28,604 nt of DNA from Macrostomum lignano (taxonomy: Eukaryota), in the NCBI GenBank assembly GCA_002269645.1, contig NIVC01005012.1, positions 1 to 28,604 on the forward strand, in the 5' to 3' direction. Below are positions 1-28,604 of this stretch, piece by piece. The first letter of the stretch is position 1; each line of letters starts with the position of its first letter. The translations under genes were made by a program, and so were the position numbers. The notes under the pieces were generated by a model. The model was not told the DNA's origin. It did no database searches and worked only from the letters and a program-made list of their open reading frames with translations.

Positions 1-28604
<28,604 letters not shown>

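Overview
Eukaryotic (metazoan, probably invertebrate) genomic DNA. One very large intron-containing gene on the minus strand occupies the window and is open at both edges. Using GT/AG splice sites I reconstruct 18 exons, about 24.8 kb of coding sequence and more than 8,200 aa. Domain order from N to C: three VWD assemblies (VWD-C8-TIL-VWC/E, the D1-D2-D3 layout of VWF, gel-forming mucins and SCO-spondin); five LDL-receptor class A repeats; nine divergent discoidin/F5-8C-like domains, seven of them a near-identical 657-bp tandem array; a degenerate LDLa; two more discoidin-like domains; about 41 copies of a 38-aa Thr/Glu/Pro/Lys repeat; a twelfth discoidin-like domain; and at least 570 TTPAG-type pentapeptides with a 1,575-bp higher-order period. 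The product is a SCO-spondin/mucin-like secreted glycoprotein; I cannot assign a gene symbol. Five consecutive upstream introns each hold a different mini- or microsatellite. Many 1-bp frameshifts at both ends of the window and in the 114-bp array look like long-read consensus errors, but this cannot be proven from the sequence. I see no RNA genes, CRISPR arrays or mobile elements. The long plus-strand ORFs are antisense shadows of the repeats.
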